A stretch of 64,000 bases of DNA from a candidate division WS6 bacterium GW2011_GWF2_39_15 (GCA_000993565.1 LBWK01000001.1:428208-492207); one strand, 5' to 3'; positions 1 to 9,459 are shown, numbered from the stretch's first letter. The notes: a model not told the origin generated them from the letters alone. A program made the numbers and translations.

Positions 1-473
1 TTAAGACCACGTTTAGGAATCCTAAGTTTTCTGGTTAGATAGTATATCTTAAGGTTCCTGTTTAGATCACACTCCACTTCAAATACATTACTTCTACTAT
101 GAAACCCTGAGATAATAATCAATTTTTCAGGATTAATGAGTTTTTTTGCAATGGCGTGAAGAAGAAATGTATTACCAAGCGAATATCCCAGTACAGCATA
201 CTTTTTAAAGCCAAAAGAGTTAATGAAATCCGAAATAAACTCTACATACGAGCCAAAGCTTTTATCTTCGAGCTTCTGCTTGGTTTTTCCTCCCCATCCT
301 GGAAGATCCGGTCTAATGATTTTTATCGGATAGTCTTTTAAAAGTTCGACGAGACCATCGAAGGCCATATTAGAAGCTGTCCATGGTGGAATCAAAAATA
401 GTGGATACCCCTCCCCGCTCTCTTTGTAATAAACATTAATCCCCGCAATTTCTTTGTTAAAGTAATCTTTCAT
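1..473 (-). CDS. alpha/beta-hydrolase fold protein (C-terminal part off-window)
   Basis: Open frame from ATG at 473 to window edge (not in ORF track because no in-window stop); translation MKDYFNKEIAGINVYY...GYSLGN... contains GxSxG nucleophile elbow (GYSLG) typical of alpha/beta hydrolases. Confidence 0.5.
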   Translation of the reverse strand, partial: MKDYFNKEIAGINVYYKESGEGYPLFLIPPWTASNMAFDGLVELLKDYPIKIIRPDLPGWGGKTKQKLEDKSFGSYVEFISDFINSFGFKKYAVLGYSLGNTFLLHAIAKKLINPEKLIIISGFHSRSNVFEVECDLNRNLKIYYLTRKLRIPKRGL

Positions 474-518
474 TGCTCTTCAGTATACCATAAATGATGT
501 GCATACCTAGAAGCAAAT

Positions 519-528
519 TGCTATAATT
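519..528 (+). promoter_or_regulatory. extended -10 element (TGcTATAAT) upstream of ATP-grasp gene
   Basis: tgctataat 27 nt upstream of ATG at 555; divergent intergenic region shared with hydrolase gene. Confidence 0.3.
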
Positions 529-554
529 AAAAGCATAATTTAAGCCCATACGGT

Positions 555-1496
555 ATGAAATATTTAGTTCTGGATAAGAGACAGAGGATTGAGATATCTA
601 GTAAATACGGTTATGTACTAACCAGAATTGCAGAGGAACTTGAGAAAAAGAACCTCGACTATGTTATCGCCTACAATGATGAGATTACGATTGATTTTAT
701 TAACAATGCGATCACAATTACTGTTCAAGGACAGAATATAACAGACTTCACTCATATAATGTTCAGAGGAATGAGACTAGATAAGCCTTTAGAGTATGAA
801 ACCAGAAGACTGATTGTAGACTATATCGAGGAATACAATACATCAAACCCGGGAAAAAAGATTGAAATACAGAACTCTGAAGCGATCAAAGCCCTAATCT
901 TCTACGATAAGATATGGATTTCAAAAATATGTACCCAGAATAATATTCCAATGATAGATACACACTATAAGGCAAACGGCAGATACAATGTGGAACAGCT
1001 ACCTTTCGAATACCCCGCAATTATCAAACAATATGCGGGAGAAAACGATTTAAGAGTAATTGACGGTAAAGAGAAAATCAAAAAGAATGTCTATCTCTTA
1101 GAGTCTCCTAATGATTACCAACAGGAGTTTCTGAAAGACAAAAACTTGGATGAATACATAGTTCAGGAGTTCATCCCAACCGGTGAAGACTTTAGAGTCT
1201 TTGTTAAAAAAGGATCCGCTATTGCGGGATTTAGCAGAAAGTCCACAAAGACCTTCTTAACTGTGAATTCAGGTGAATATACTAAACTGGATATGAATAA
1301 AAGAAAGGATTTGAAAGAGTTCTCAGAACGGGTAGCACAGGTATTTAATGCAGACTTCATAGCTGTCGACGTAATGATGAAAAATGAAAAACCGGTACTA
1401 CAGGAAATCAGTTTTAATCCCGGATTTAAAGCATTTGAGACAAAAACCGATGGTGAGTTTATTAACCTTGCAAAAGAAATAATCGAGGCTTTTTAA
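555..1496 (+). CDS. ATP-grasp family ligase (RimK/glutathione-synthetase-like)
   Basis: 313 aa; C-terminal half shows ATP-grasp pattern: K in AIIKQYAGEN, EYIVQEFIP, DFRVFVKKG..AGFSRK, ADFIAVDVM..PVLQEISFNPG. Confidence 0.55.
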   Translation: MKYLVLDKRQRIEISSKYGYVLTRIAEELEKKNLDYVIAYNDEITIDFINNAITITVQGQNITDFTHIMFRGMRLDKPLEYETRRLIVDYIEEYNTSNPGKKIEIQNSEAIKALIFYDKIWISKICTQNNIPMIDTHYKANGRYNVEQLPFEYPAIIKQYAGENDLRVIDGKEKIKKNVYLLESPNDYQQEFLKDKNLDEYIVQEFIPTGEDFRVFVKKGSAIAGFSRKSTKTFLTVNSGEYTKLDMNKRKDLKEFSERVAQVFNADFIAVDVMMKNEKPVLQEISFNPGFKAFETKTDGEFINLAKEIIEAF

Positions 1497-2650
1497 ATAC
1501 CCAATTTCTTAAATACTCTTTCAAACTCTGCTGGATTGGGTGTGAGTTTAGGCTTTGGTATTAAACCGTCATCAACCCACTCCACCTGTTTAAGACTTAT
1601 CTTTCCGCTGTAGAGCTTCTCATACAATGAGGAGTCTTTCTCAATTGCTTTCCTTACCTTTCTATAACCTCTAAAGTACATAACATCTTTATAATATAAC
1701 CCCGGCAGAGAAGTATCGCCCAGCCCCCTTTTTACTCTATACGTAAAATCAAAGGCTAAGTTTCTTGCAAGAAAAGATGTTAAAGCATTATAAAGCTCTC
1801 TAAAACTCGTTTGTTCCGCCCAATATAACATCCATGTAAAACAAGCCTTTCTACGAAGAGCATCATATGTTAGTACATTCATATACTCCTCATTATAGGT
1901 GGCTAAACCCTCTTCGATATCCTGGGAATCTGGAAGGTTCGGCTTATACAGAACTGGAATACCCGAAACAAGACCATTGTATGATCTAAACACGTGCGTC
2001 CCTATTTCATGCACAATGGATTTTCTTAAATCCTGTGGACTGCGAGAGATGTCAGGAGCAATCAAAACCTCTTTCCTTTTAATACCAACTTTCATAGCTT
2101 CATCGGCAATTCTTCCGGATTTAGCAACCGTCCAGTCAGTAAGGCCTAGCTCTTTTAAAAATTCCTTCATTATCCTTTCTATCTCATCATATCCAAATTC
2201 CCTGGCTTCATTCTTTTTCTGTACCAGCTTGTAGCTTTTAATCAATCCTCTAAGGACTCTCGAGGAGTTTTTAAAAAGCTTTTCCGATGGCTTGCCGAAT
2301 CTCCTTCTTGATATCTCCGTAATCTTCTCATTATGTCCGACAGCATTTAACATATCATTCACTTCGGATTTTGAATCAATCAATTTGAGATAGAAATCCG
2401 ATATTCTAGGATCAACGTCCTCAACGCTAGAGACGGAGCTTAGTTCCCTGAGGATCTTATCATTTATATTCTTCACAGGGTTATATTTAAATACAGGGTT
2501 ATAGTCGTCTGAAGCGAAAAACTTCTTCTGTTCCTCTTTCAGGTTTACAGGTGTAAAAACGTATGAAGTGGGTAATCTTAGAATATCCAGCTTCTCTTCC
2601 AACTCGTCCTGCGTAATCTGTTTTTTACCTAAACGATTAAAAATAAACAA
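1493..2650 (-). CDS. DUF1704 / MATCAP-like zinc metallopeptidase (HExxxH + EEGLA motif)
   Basis: 385 aa; SIVHEIGTHVF (HExxxH) and EEGLATYNE matching the QEGLA-motif family; stop codon overlaps stop of convergent ATP-grasp gene (ttaa at 1493-1496). Confidence 0.6.
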   Translation of the reverse strand: MFIFNRLGKKQITQDELEEKLDILRLPTSYVFTPVNLKEEQKKFFASDDYNPVFKYNPVKNINDKILRELSSVSSVEDVDPRISDFYLKLIDSKSEVNDMLNAVGHNEKITEISRRRFGKPSEKLFKNSSRVLRGLIKSYKLVQKKNEAREFGYDEIERIMKEFLKELGLTDWTVAKSGRIADEAMKVGIKRKEVLIAPDISRSPQDLRKSIVHEIGTHVFRSYNGLVSGIPVLYKPNLPDSQDIEEGLATYNEEYMNVLTYDALRRKACFTWMLYWAEQTSFRELYNALTSFLARNLAFDFTYRVKRGLGDTSLPGLYYKDVMYFRGYRKVRKAIEKDSSLYEKLYSGKISLKQVEWVDDGLIPKPKLTPNPAEFERVFKKLGI

Positions 2651-2741
2651 GGAGAGAATATAAGAAGTTAACTTTATATTTTATCACAAATCTCTTTTAA
2701 CCCGAAATCACCTCAGGCAAGCCCTATATCGACACCCTATA

Positions 2742-3755
2742 TTAACTTGATATCTCTTTGGTAAATACACGCTCACCGCTGGCGATTAGTTCAAGTGCCA
2801 TACCCGTTCCTTTTGCAACACAAAACATTGGCTCATCTGCCACATGAGCGGGTACTCCTGTTGCTCTAGAAAACAGCTTGTCCAGGTTTCTCAAAAGTGA
2901 TGTTCCGCCACTCATTACCATCCCTCTATCAATGATATCTGCAGCAAGTTCGGGAGGAGTTTTTTCAAGCACCTCTTTTATTGCACCGATAATCTTGGAT
3001 AGAGGAAGTTTCAGGGCTTCAGCAACTTCATTCGAATCTATTTTTATGGATTTAGGCATACCCCCTGCCACATCCCGACCTTTTATCTCCATCTCCTTAG
3101 GGTTCTCAAGTTTAATAGCGGACCCGATCTTCATTTTAATCTGCTCCGCACTCTGCTCTCCAATTAAAATCCCCCTCTTCCTTCTCATATATGCAATTAT
3201 AGACTCATTAAGGGCATCCCCGGCCACTCTCAAAGAGTTAAACTCTACAATCCCATCCAACGATATCACTGCAATTTCAGCCGTTCCGCCCCCGAGATTT
3301 ACAATCATGTTTCCGGAGGATGTTTCAATAGGCAATCCAGCACCAAGTGCAGCAAGAAGCGGTTCAGGAAGAAGGTTTATTTTCCTTGCCCCTGCTTCTG
3401 TAGCCGCTTTAAGCACAGCCCTTTCCTCTACCGATGTTATTCCTGCAGGAACACTTATCATAACTTCAGGCTTAAAGAGTTTGGAATATCCTAATGCCTT
3501 ATTCAGAAAGTATCTCAATAATGCTTCCGTGACTCTTGAATCAGCTATTACACCGCTTCGAAGAGGTCTTTTAGCAACAATATTATCTGGAGTCTTACCA
3601 ATCATCTCCTTTGCCTGCTGACCGACTGCAATAACTGTGAACTTGTTTACATCAATTGCTACAACGGTTGGTTCCATGAGGACGATACCTTCTCCCTCAA
3701 CAAAAACTATTGAGTTAGCGGTACCCAGATCAATTCCAACTTTCTTTCCAAACAT
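2742..3755 (-). CDS. mreB: rod shape-determining protein MreB (actin-like ATPase)
   Basis: 337 aa; GIDLGTANS N-terminus, MSGGTSLLRNLDKL, typical MreB length and motifs. Confidence 0.9.
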   Translation of the reverse strand: MFGKKVGIDLGTANSIVFVEGEGIVLMEPTVVAIDVNKFTVIAVGQQAKEMIGKTPDNIVAKRPLRSGVIADSRVTEALLRYFLNKALGYSKLFKPEVMISVPAGITSVEERAVLKAATEAGARKINLLPEPLLAALGAGLPIETSSGNMIVNLGGGTAEIAVISLDGIVEFNSLRVAGDALNESIIAYMRRKRGILIGEQSAEQIKMKIGSAIKLENPKEMEIKGRDVAGGMPKSIKIDSNEVAEALKLPLSKIIGAIKEVLEKTPPELAADIIDRGMVMSGGTSLLRNLDKLFSRATGVPAHVADEPMFCVAKGTGMALELIASGERVFTKEISS

Positions 3756-3853
3756 AGTTGATTATATGATATTAAACAGAAACTACCAATACACTCTATT
3801 TACAGTAAAAATAGAGCGATGTATAATAGCCTTATAGTATTAAATATGTAAAT

Positions 3854-4345
3854 ATGCCAAACCTAGAGAGAGAAAAATGTAAAGAAAAAGGGGTTTCAGA
3901 TCTTGCTTTTCAATTTGTTTGGGTTATAAAAACTGCTGCTACAGAAGAACTCGCTCTGCAGATTTGGGCAGAGGTTCCTGGGTTTAAGGGAGTAAACACA
4001 TATTTTGAAATGGGTTTTAACAGCTTCGGTTCTATAAGTCTGAGACAGGAGAATCATCGTTCACAGACATCAGATTGGGAAAAAAACCTAAAGGATAGAC
4101 CCTTGAATATAGGCAGAAGAGGAGATTACCTCTTAGAGTATGGACACGACACCCCATGTTCAGATGACAAGGAAGGACTAGCAGTTCTTAGGCAGGCATA
4201 TGAGCTCGTCAAAGACAATGCCGATATTGAAAGCCTCAATGAACTGGAAAGAAACCATATTAAAAGACTTCTTACAAGAATAGATGAGACATTGCAGGAA
4301 TATGAACACCCACACCCTGTTAGTAAAGTTAAGATTCCTACTTAG
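3854..4345 (+). CDS. hypothetical protein
   Basis: 163-aa ORF, only plus-strand gene in a minus-strand block; no recognisable motif. Confidence 0.35.
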   Translation: MPNLEREKCKEKGVSDLAFQFVWVIKTAATEELALQIWAEVPGFKGVNTYFEMGFNSFGSISLRQENHRSQTSDWEKNLKDRPLNIGRRGDYLLEYGHDTPCSDDKEGLAVLRQAYELVKDNADIESLNELERNHIKRLLTRIDETLQEYEHPHPVSKVKIPT

Positions 4346-4356
4346 AGCTTGAATAA

Positions 4357-5139
4357 CTATTTATACGACATAATTGCCAGCTCTTTTTGGTTATCCATGA
4401 CTTTCTGCTCAATATCAGCAAACAATGGAACAAGACACGCTACCCCCGCTACATCATCAGCTATTGACCTTTTGACCATGATCTTCGAATGAACATAATC
4501 AGCGGCAATAGACTCCATTAAATACTTCCGGGCATAATCAGATGTACGATAATACTTTCCTCGGTTCTCATCTTCCCCATTTTTCTCGAATTGCTTGTTA
4601 ACGGCATGCTCAAACATCTGGTTTGTAATTCCCACATAACTTCTCTCATTATTTCTTACCATACTTATAATTGTATTGTAATCGCTAGCTCTTTGAGGAT
4701 TCCCAAAATATTCCAACGAGCTGACTACATTCCCTCGAAAGTTATTATTTAAAGCCATTTGAAAAATATACTCACCAATATTATGAGAAAACTCTGAAAT
4801 ATCTACACTGCTGTCTCCTGGAAGAGTGAGCAACTCATGATCCATTATTGGTGCCACGACTTCAATCGGTACCCCTATCTGTCCTAAAGCCTTGGCTATA
4901 GCAAATTCCTCTTCTAACTCAAAGAGAAATTTCCCCGCTTTTTTAACAACGCTGCCACCGTTTAGATTTCTATAATGAAAATCTTTTAAATCAGCTATTA
5001 TTCTTCTCTCACCTGTAGAATCATAATAATGTCTTAAACAGATAGGGATATATATCCTTACGGGTTTATCAGTTAAAAGTGAATGATAAATATAAGACTC
5101 AAATAAAGCCTTTTTGGAAGGAGTGAACTCCATATTCAA
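4357..5139 (-). CDS. hypothetical protein (possibly C-terminal part of a split gene)
   Basis: 260-aa ORF; 73-nt gap and frame change separate it from upstream ORF 5213..5698. Confidence 0.4.
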   Translation of the reverse strand: MNMEFTPSKKALFESYIYHSLLTDKPVRIYIPICLRHYYDSTGERRIIADLKDFHYRNLNGGSVVKKAGKFLFELEEEFAIAKALGQIGVPIEVVAPIMDHELLTLPGDSSVDISEFSHNIGEYIFQMALNNNFRGNVVSSLEYFGNPQRASDYNTIISMVRNNERSYVGITNQMFEHAVNKQFEKNGEDENRGKYYRTSDYARKYLMESIAADYVHSKIMVKRSIADDVAGVACLVPLFADIEQKVMDNQKELAIMSYK

Positions 5140-5212
5140 GTGACAGAAGAGAACAGCCGTTGTATATATCTCAACCTTTTTAGGTTCTCCCGGGAAATAA
5201 TTGTAAGCAAGC

Positions 5213-5698
5213 TCAACAACCTTGCCAAAGATAGGAATAATAATCTCCGGAAACCTTTCCCACGAGAGAGTTGTATAGAAATTCCCTCATCTCCTCCGAT
5301 GATATATTATTCCTCATCCTTTCATTCAAAAGCGAGGACGCTCTTGCAAAAATATTCATTGAATCTGATGAAGCTGATAGGCCTTTAAAATCATCATACT
5401 TAACATCTTTTAAAATACCTATTTCGGGACTGATCCCAGAGCTAACTACCCGATTGTAAAAACACTCAGGATCTCCCCTCTTAGCCCTCAAAAAACTACT
5501 TGTAAAATATCCCGCATTAGCCGGATCCGCCAAGACCCTTGCATACTTGCCCTGAGGATCATCAATTCTCCTTGATACGTCCTGGGCGGCAAGTTCATCA
5601 AACTGCTCGGCGATCGAGACAGGAACAAAAGGCAGTTTAGAACTTAGAATACTTTCTTTGATCTGACTTATTTCTTGTTTTTGCATTGCTTCATACAT
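5213..5698 (-). CDS. hypothetical protein (possibly N-terminal part of a split gene)
   Basis: 161-aa ORF directly upstream of 4357..5139 on same strand. Confidence 0.4.
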   Translation of the reverse strand: MYEAMQKQEISQIKESILSSKLPFVPVSIAEQFDELAAQDVSRRIDDPQGKYARVLADPANAGYFTSSFLRAKRGDPECFYNRVVSSGISPEIGILKDVKYDDFKGLSASSDSMNIFARASSLLNERMRNNISSEEMREFLYNSLVGKVSGDYYSYLWQGC

Positions 5699-5724
5699 AA
5701 TAATTTATTTAAAAAGTAAAATAA

Positions 5725-5801
5725 TGGTAGGCCGAACGGGAATCGAACCCGTAACTGGAGTTTTGGAGACCCCTGTTTTAACCAATTCAAACTACCGACC
5801 C
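5725..5801 (-). tRNA. tRNA-Trp (anticodon CCA), CCA-3' encoded
   Basis: Cloverleaf read by hand: acceptor GGGTCGG/TCGGCCT (3 GU wobbles), D GTTT/AAAC, anticodon stem GGGGT/ACTCC loop CTCCAAA, T-loop TTCGATT; lies just downstream of trpS. Confidence 0.75.
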
Positions 5802-5831
5802 AAAAGGTGTATAAATGTGAAATTTCGGAAA

Positions 5832-5858
5832 ATACTCCCTCTAAATTGTTAGAGGAGT
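5832..5858 (-). terminator. hairpin between trpS and tRNA-Trp (possible terminator)
   Basis: Inverted repeat actccctctaa/ttagaggagt followed on minus strand by AUUUUCC. Confidence 0.3.
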
Positions 5859-5892
5859 CGCCAGAAAAGTGTGTATGTTATTACCTGTCTCA

Positions 5893-7407
5893 TTATTCTT
5901 TCTCAATCAGCTTATTTATCCCTACCATGCTCTGAAGCTTCTCAAGAGTTTGTACAACAACCTTTCTCGCCTTTTCTGTCCCTGAAATAAGTATATCCTT
6001 CGCTTCATCCGGTCTTTCTTCATAGTATTTTCTCTTCTCTCGTATAGGCTCAAGGAAGGTGTTAAGGGCAGCAAAAAGCTTCTCTTTGACTTCTATATCC
6101 CCTACTTTCCCTTGTGTGTATCTTTCTTTAAGATCGTTAATCTCGTCCTTATTTGTATTAAACGCATCATGATATATAAAGACGGGATTTCCTTCTACAG
6201 TGCCTTTATCACTGGCCTTAATCCTATTAGGATCGGTATACATAGACATCACTTTCTTCTTTAAAGTTTCTTCATCATCAGAGAGAAGTATGGCATTATG
6301 ACCGCTCTTACTCATTTTCTCTTTACCATCCGTACCAACCAGCCTCGCAACCCTTCCAACTCGACCCTCTGGCATTACAAACAGATTTCCATATGCCTTA
6401 TTAAAGTCTTTTGCTATCTCCCTTGCCTGCTCAATCACAGGAAGCTGGTCTTCTCCAACCGGCACTAAACTGGCGTTAAACTGGAGAATATCTGCAGCCT
6501 GTAGAATCGGGTAACTTATAAAGCCTAAACTCGGGTCTAACTTTTTATACCTCACCTCATCCTTTACAGATGGATTTCTCAACGCTCTTGAGTGCTTTAC
6601 CATATTAAGGAAGAAACTATACAAAACATGCGTTTCTGGGATACCTGATTCAAGGTAAATTGTAGACTTGTTAGGATCTATTCCTACAGCCAGATTATCA
6701 AGGAAGACATCATATACATTCTGGTTTATCAACTCTGATTTATCAAAGTAGTTGGCATATGCGTGATTATTTGCCAAAAGAATATATGTTTCGTATTCAT
6801 CCTGCAATTTAACCCTGTTCTCCAATGTTCCAACGTAATGTCCTATATGCAGTTTCCCGCTAGGAGTATCACCTGTGAGAATTCTTTTTTTACTTACAAC
6901 CCCGGCCTGTCTCTTGAGGTTAGGCTCTGTAATTTCAGCCACTTTATACTTACCAAGCACTTTAAGCAGGTCCTCAACTTTGATTTTAAGGCCGTAACCC
7001 TCCCTGCCAATTCCACATATAACCTTCTCGTTATCCATAACCATACTATCAATATAGATCTTTACCGGAAACTTTTCCTGAAGCTCTCCGAGTAGTGCTG
7101 GTGAGACTAAACCTGTTTCAAATCCTAATTTTTCTAAGTCATTTTCCTCTGCAAAGTTAAGACTCCTGCTCCCGCTTAATTTCTTCACCTCCTGAGTTCT
7201 TACATTCCGATCGTCCCTTCTAAGAATAACAATGTACTCATCCCTCTCGTTCTTAAAGAAAAGTGTTGACATACCATCTCCGTACGTCATAACTGTAACC
7301 CTCACGAGTTCATCAACCGACCTGTTTTTTGCGGCTGTCTGATCTACCTCCTCATACTTTATTCCAGTACTATTCAGTTTTTCTACTATTCTTTTATATG
7401 TATCCAT
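5893..7407 (-). CDS. trpS: tryptophanyl-tRNA synthetase with ~170-aa N-terminal extension
   Basis: Class I motifs PSGKLHIGHYVG (HIGH) and KMSKS; core ~335 aa typical of TrpRS; cognate tRNA-Trp adjacent; T-box leader upstream. N-terminal domain of unknown type (possibly editing/YbaK-like, unverified). Confidence 0.8.
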   Translation of the reverse strand: MDTYKRIVEKLNSTGIKYEEVDQTAAKNRSVDELVRVTVMTYGDGMSTLFFKNERDEYIVILRRDDRNVRTQEVKKLSGSRSLNFAEENDLEKLGFETGLVSPALLGELQEKFPVKIYIDSMVMDNEKVICGIGREGYGLKIKVEDLLKVLGKYKVAEITEPNLKRQAGVVSKKRILTGDTPSGKLHIGHYVGTLENRVKLQDEYETYILLANNHAYANYFDKSELINQNVYDVFLDNLAVGIDPNKSTIYLESGIPETHVLYSFFLNMVKHSRALRNPSVKDEVRYKKLDPSLGFISYPILQAADILQFNASLVPVGEDQLPVIEQAREIAKDFNKAYGNLFVMPEGRVGRVARLVGTDGKEKMSKSGHNAILLSDDEETLKKKVMSMYTDPNRIKASDKGTVEGNPVFIYHDAFNTNKDEINDLKERYTQGKVGDIEVKEKLFAALNTFLEPIREKRKYYEERPDEAKDILISGTEKARKVVVQTLEKLQSMVGINKLIEKE

Positions 7408-7419
7408 CACTTATGGTAT

Positions 7420-7700
7420 ATAAAATAAAAATCCCCATATAGATAGACTAACATATTTTCAAAGTTAATCTAACTACATGGGGACGACATATACATCGTG
7501 GTACCACCCCACTTCATCCCGCTAACCCATAAAAAGAGAATCTCTATAAGTTGGCGGACCTTATCGACTTTATCCAAACATCGATTTGAACTTTCACGCT
7601 GTTCCTACGGCTCTCATACTACTCTACTAACTACAAGCTAGCAGGGTTTCTGTTCGCTGCTCCCGGACCCATTCTCCCGATCAATGCATTTAAATATTCA
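7420..7700 (-). promoter_or_regulatory. T-box riboswitch leader of trpS
   Basis: Minus strand: TGGTATAAT extended -10 (rc of 7711-7719); T-box sequence AAGUGGGGUGGUACCACG (rc of 7497-7514; 15/18 to consensus AAUUAGGGUGGNACCGCG); antiterminator GGGG/CCCC with 7-nt bulge UGGUACC and A2 helix ACGAU/GUCGU; overlapping terminator UCCCCAUGUAG...CUAUAUGGGGA + UUUUUAUUUU (7420-7485); UGG-A in candidate specifier loop. Confidence 0.6.
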
Positions 7701-7734
7701 GTTGTAATTAATTATACCATATCTATATTTCTTC

Positions 7735-9306
7735 ATGATATACTTTTCTGTTATGCGAAAGAAACTCGCTTCCGTACTAAAAGCAATTGCACAGATAATT
7801 ACAGCCCTTCTGGCTGCCGGATTCATTATTGTTGGGACTATATTGGTTTATATGTATGCCAGAGGATACCGGTTGGATTTCGACGGCAAAGATATAAGGG
7901 AGACAGGCGTTGTCAACCTGGAAAGCAAACCCACAAGGGCAGAAATAACCATAAACGGGGAAAAGAACGGCAAAACCCCAAAGACAGTAGCATCAATTGA
8001 TGAAGGATATGCACAGGTAAAACTCAAAAAAGAAAAGTATTACGATTGGATAAAAAATGTCCCAGTGATAAGAGAGAAATCTACTCCCGTTACAGCCAAT
8101 ATGTTCCTCAAAGAGCCCGCAACAGAAGTTTTGGTAGAAATACCCAAGGAATACACTTTCGTAAAAGGCCAGGTATCTGAAAACCGCCAGCATATACTTT
8201 ATATTACTAAAGATAAGAAGAATATTTACACAATCTGGAGGTACGATCTAAATAAAAGTTTCTGGAATCTTAGTAATAACCCTCATATAATAACAACAAT
8301 CGAAGATCCAGCCGTTCAAAACCTCACTATGATTCCATCGCCAGGAGCAAGTAATCTACTTCTCCACTACTCTTTCACACAATCTGATATAACAAAAACA
8401 AAGGTTCTTCTTTTTAATACAGAGCAGGTTGATACAGATGGCCAACTTTTGAACCTAGAAAAGTTTTTAGGAACCTATTCCATTACATGGGCAAAATCAG
8501 GTTCATATATAATACTCGAATCAGTAAATGATGTTCTCTCATACAACATAGAAAGCACGGCAAAGTCCCTCCTATATAAGAAGGCAGAGACAGAAAACCT
8601 TGTATGGACAACAGATACATCCCTTAACTTCTACTACCTACAGAAACTTAGTGATAACACGGGCAACTACTTCACCCTTGAACAACTAAACCTAGACGGT
8701 ACGAACGCGAAAACGTTGATTCCAAGAATATACTATCAAACAGATAAAGCATATATCGAGAACATAAGGAAAACGGAGTTTACTTTTATACCGTTTAGCA
8801 ATACCCCTCAGAACACCAGATTCATTGGAGAGATATCAGCCATATCAATAGATCAGACAACAAAAGGTATATATATTTCTACTGAATATGCAGCATACTG
8901 GTATGGGACAGAAGAGGATAAGTACATTATGATAAATCCATATCCATCACAGCTTATATCAATATCCGATAATAAACGAATGGCTCTTTTCAAAGATCTG
9001 ACGAATGGATACTATGGAATATTCACCTTTGATAAAACACAAAGCGATCCGGTGACCCTGCTTGGAACCAAAATAGTTATAAAAGATGAAAAAGAGGTAA
9101 CAAATGTAAACTGGGTGAACTCTGCAAATCTTTCGTATCAATCAGAAGGATCCGTCTATATTATGGATAAGGACGGAGACAATAAAGTCATGATGAAAAC
9201 ACTCACAAGCCCAATATACTTCTCTCTCTCAACCTCAGGAAAATATATCCATACATTAGAGTCCATTACGAATCAGACAAAGGTTGTGAAATACACAATA
9301 CAGTAG
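7735..9306 (+). CDS. membrane-anchored PEGA-domain protein
   Basis: 523 aa; N-terminal TM helix then PEGA-like segment (AEITINGEKNGKTPKTV...GYAQVKL), large C-terminal region. Confidence 0.45.
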   Translation: MIYFSVMRKKLASVLKAIAQIITALLAAGFIIVGTILVYMYARGYRLDFDGKDIRETGVVNLESKPTRAEITINGEKNGKTPKTVASIDEGYAQVKLKKEKYYDWIKNVPVIREKSTPVTANMFLKEPATEVLVEIPKEYTFVKGQVSENRQHILYITKDKKNIYTIWRYDLNKSFWNLSNNPHIITTIEDPAVQNLTMIPSPGASNLLLHYSFTQSDITKTKVLLFNTEQVDTDGQLLNLEKFLGTYSITWAKSGSYIILESVNDVLSYNIESTAKSLLYKKAETENLVWTTDTSLNFYYLQKLSDNTGNYFTLEQLNLDGTNAKTLIPRIYYQTDKAYIENIRKTEFTFIPFSNTPQNTRFIGEISAISIDQTTKGIYISTEYAAYWYGTEEDKYIMINPYPSQLISISDNKRMALFKDLTNGYYGIFTFDKTQSDPVTLLGTKIVIKDEKEVTNVNWVNSANLSYQSEGSVYIMDKDGDNKVMMKTLTSPIYFSLSTSGKYIHTLESITNQTKVVKYTIQ

Positions 9307-9311
9307 GAATA

Positions 9312-9384
9312 CGCACCCGGCCGGAATCGAACCGACAACCTACACGTTAGGAGTGTGTTGCTCTTCCAATTGAGCTACAGGTGC
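9312..9384 (-). tRNA. tRNA-Arg (anticodon CCT)
   Basis: Acceptor GCACCTG/CGGGTGC, anticodon loop CTCCTAA, T-arm GTCGG-TTCGATT-CCGGC; one A-C mismatch at 31:39. Confidence 0.6.
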
Positions 9385-9459
9385 ATCAACAACGCATTTT
9401 ACCAAACTTTCCCCATTATATACAGAACACTTGAGCTCTCCATGATATAATTAAAGATC

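Noticed and set aside
2878-3621. 247-aa antisense ORF inside mreB, and similar antisense or embedded ORFs (1163-1360, 1899-2234, 6763-7095, 9795-10010, 10200-10517, 11187-11399, 12641-12847, 16793-17360, 18630-18887, 25247-28052, 30025-32812, 33908-35299, 38297-38558, 39889-40380, 41663-43082, 43728-44753, 54350-55630, 57175-58388, 59191-60030, 60838-61143)
   Set aside because: They overlap well-supported conserved genes on the opposite strand or in another frame. Their low-complexity composition is typical of spurious shadow ORFs.
7440-7700. Possible SRP (4.5S/scRNA) gene because minus strand contains GGGUCCGGGAGCAGCG resembling SRP domain IV GGUCCGGAAGGAAGCAGC
   Set aside because: The same region contains a much stronger T-box signature: the T-box sequence, a UGGUACC bulge, and a terminator overlapping an antiterminator directly upstream of trpS. 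The SRP-like stretch is short and lacks a matching 3' strand.
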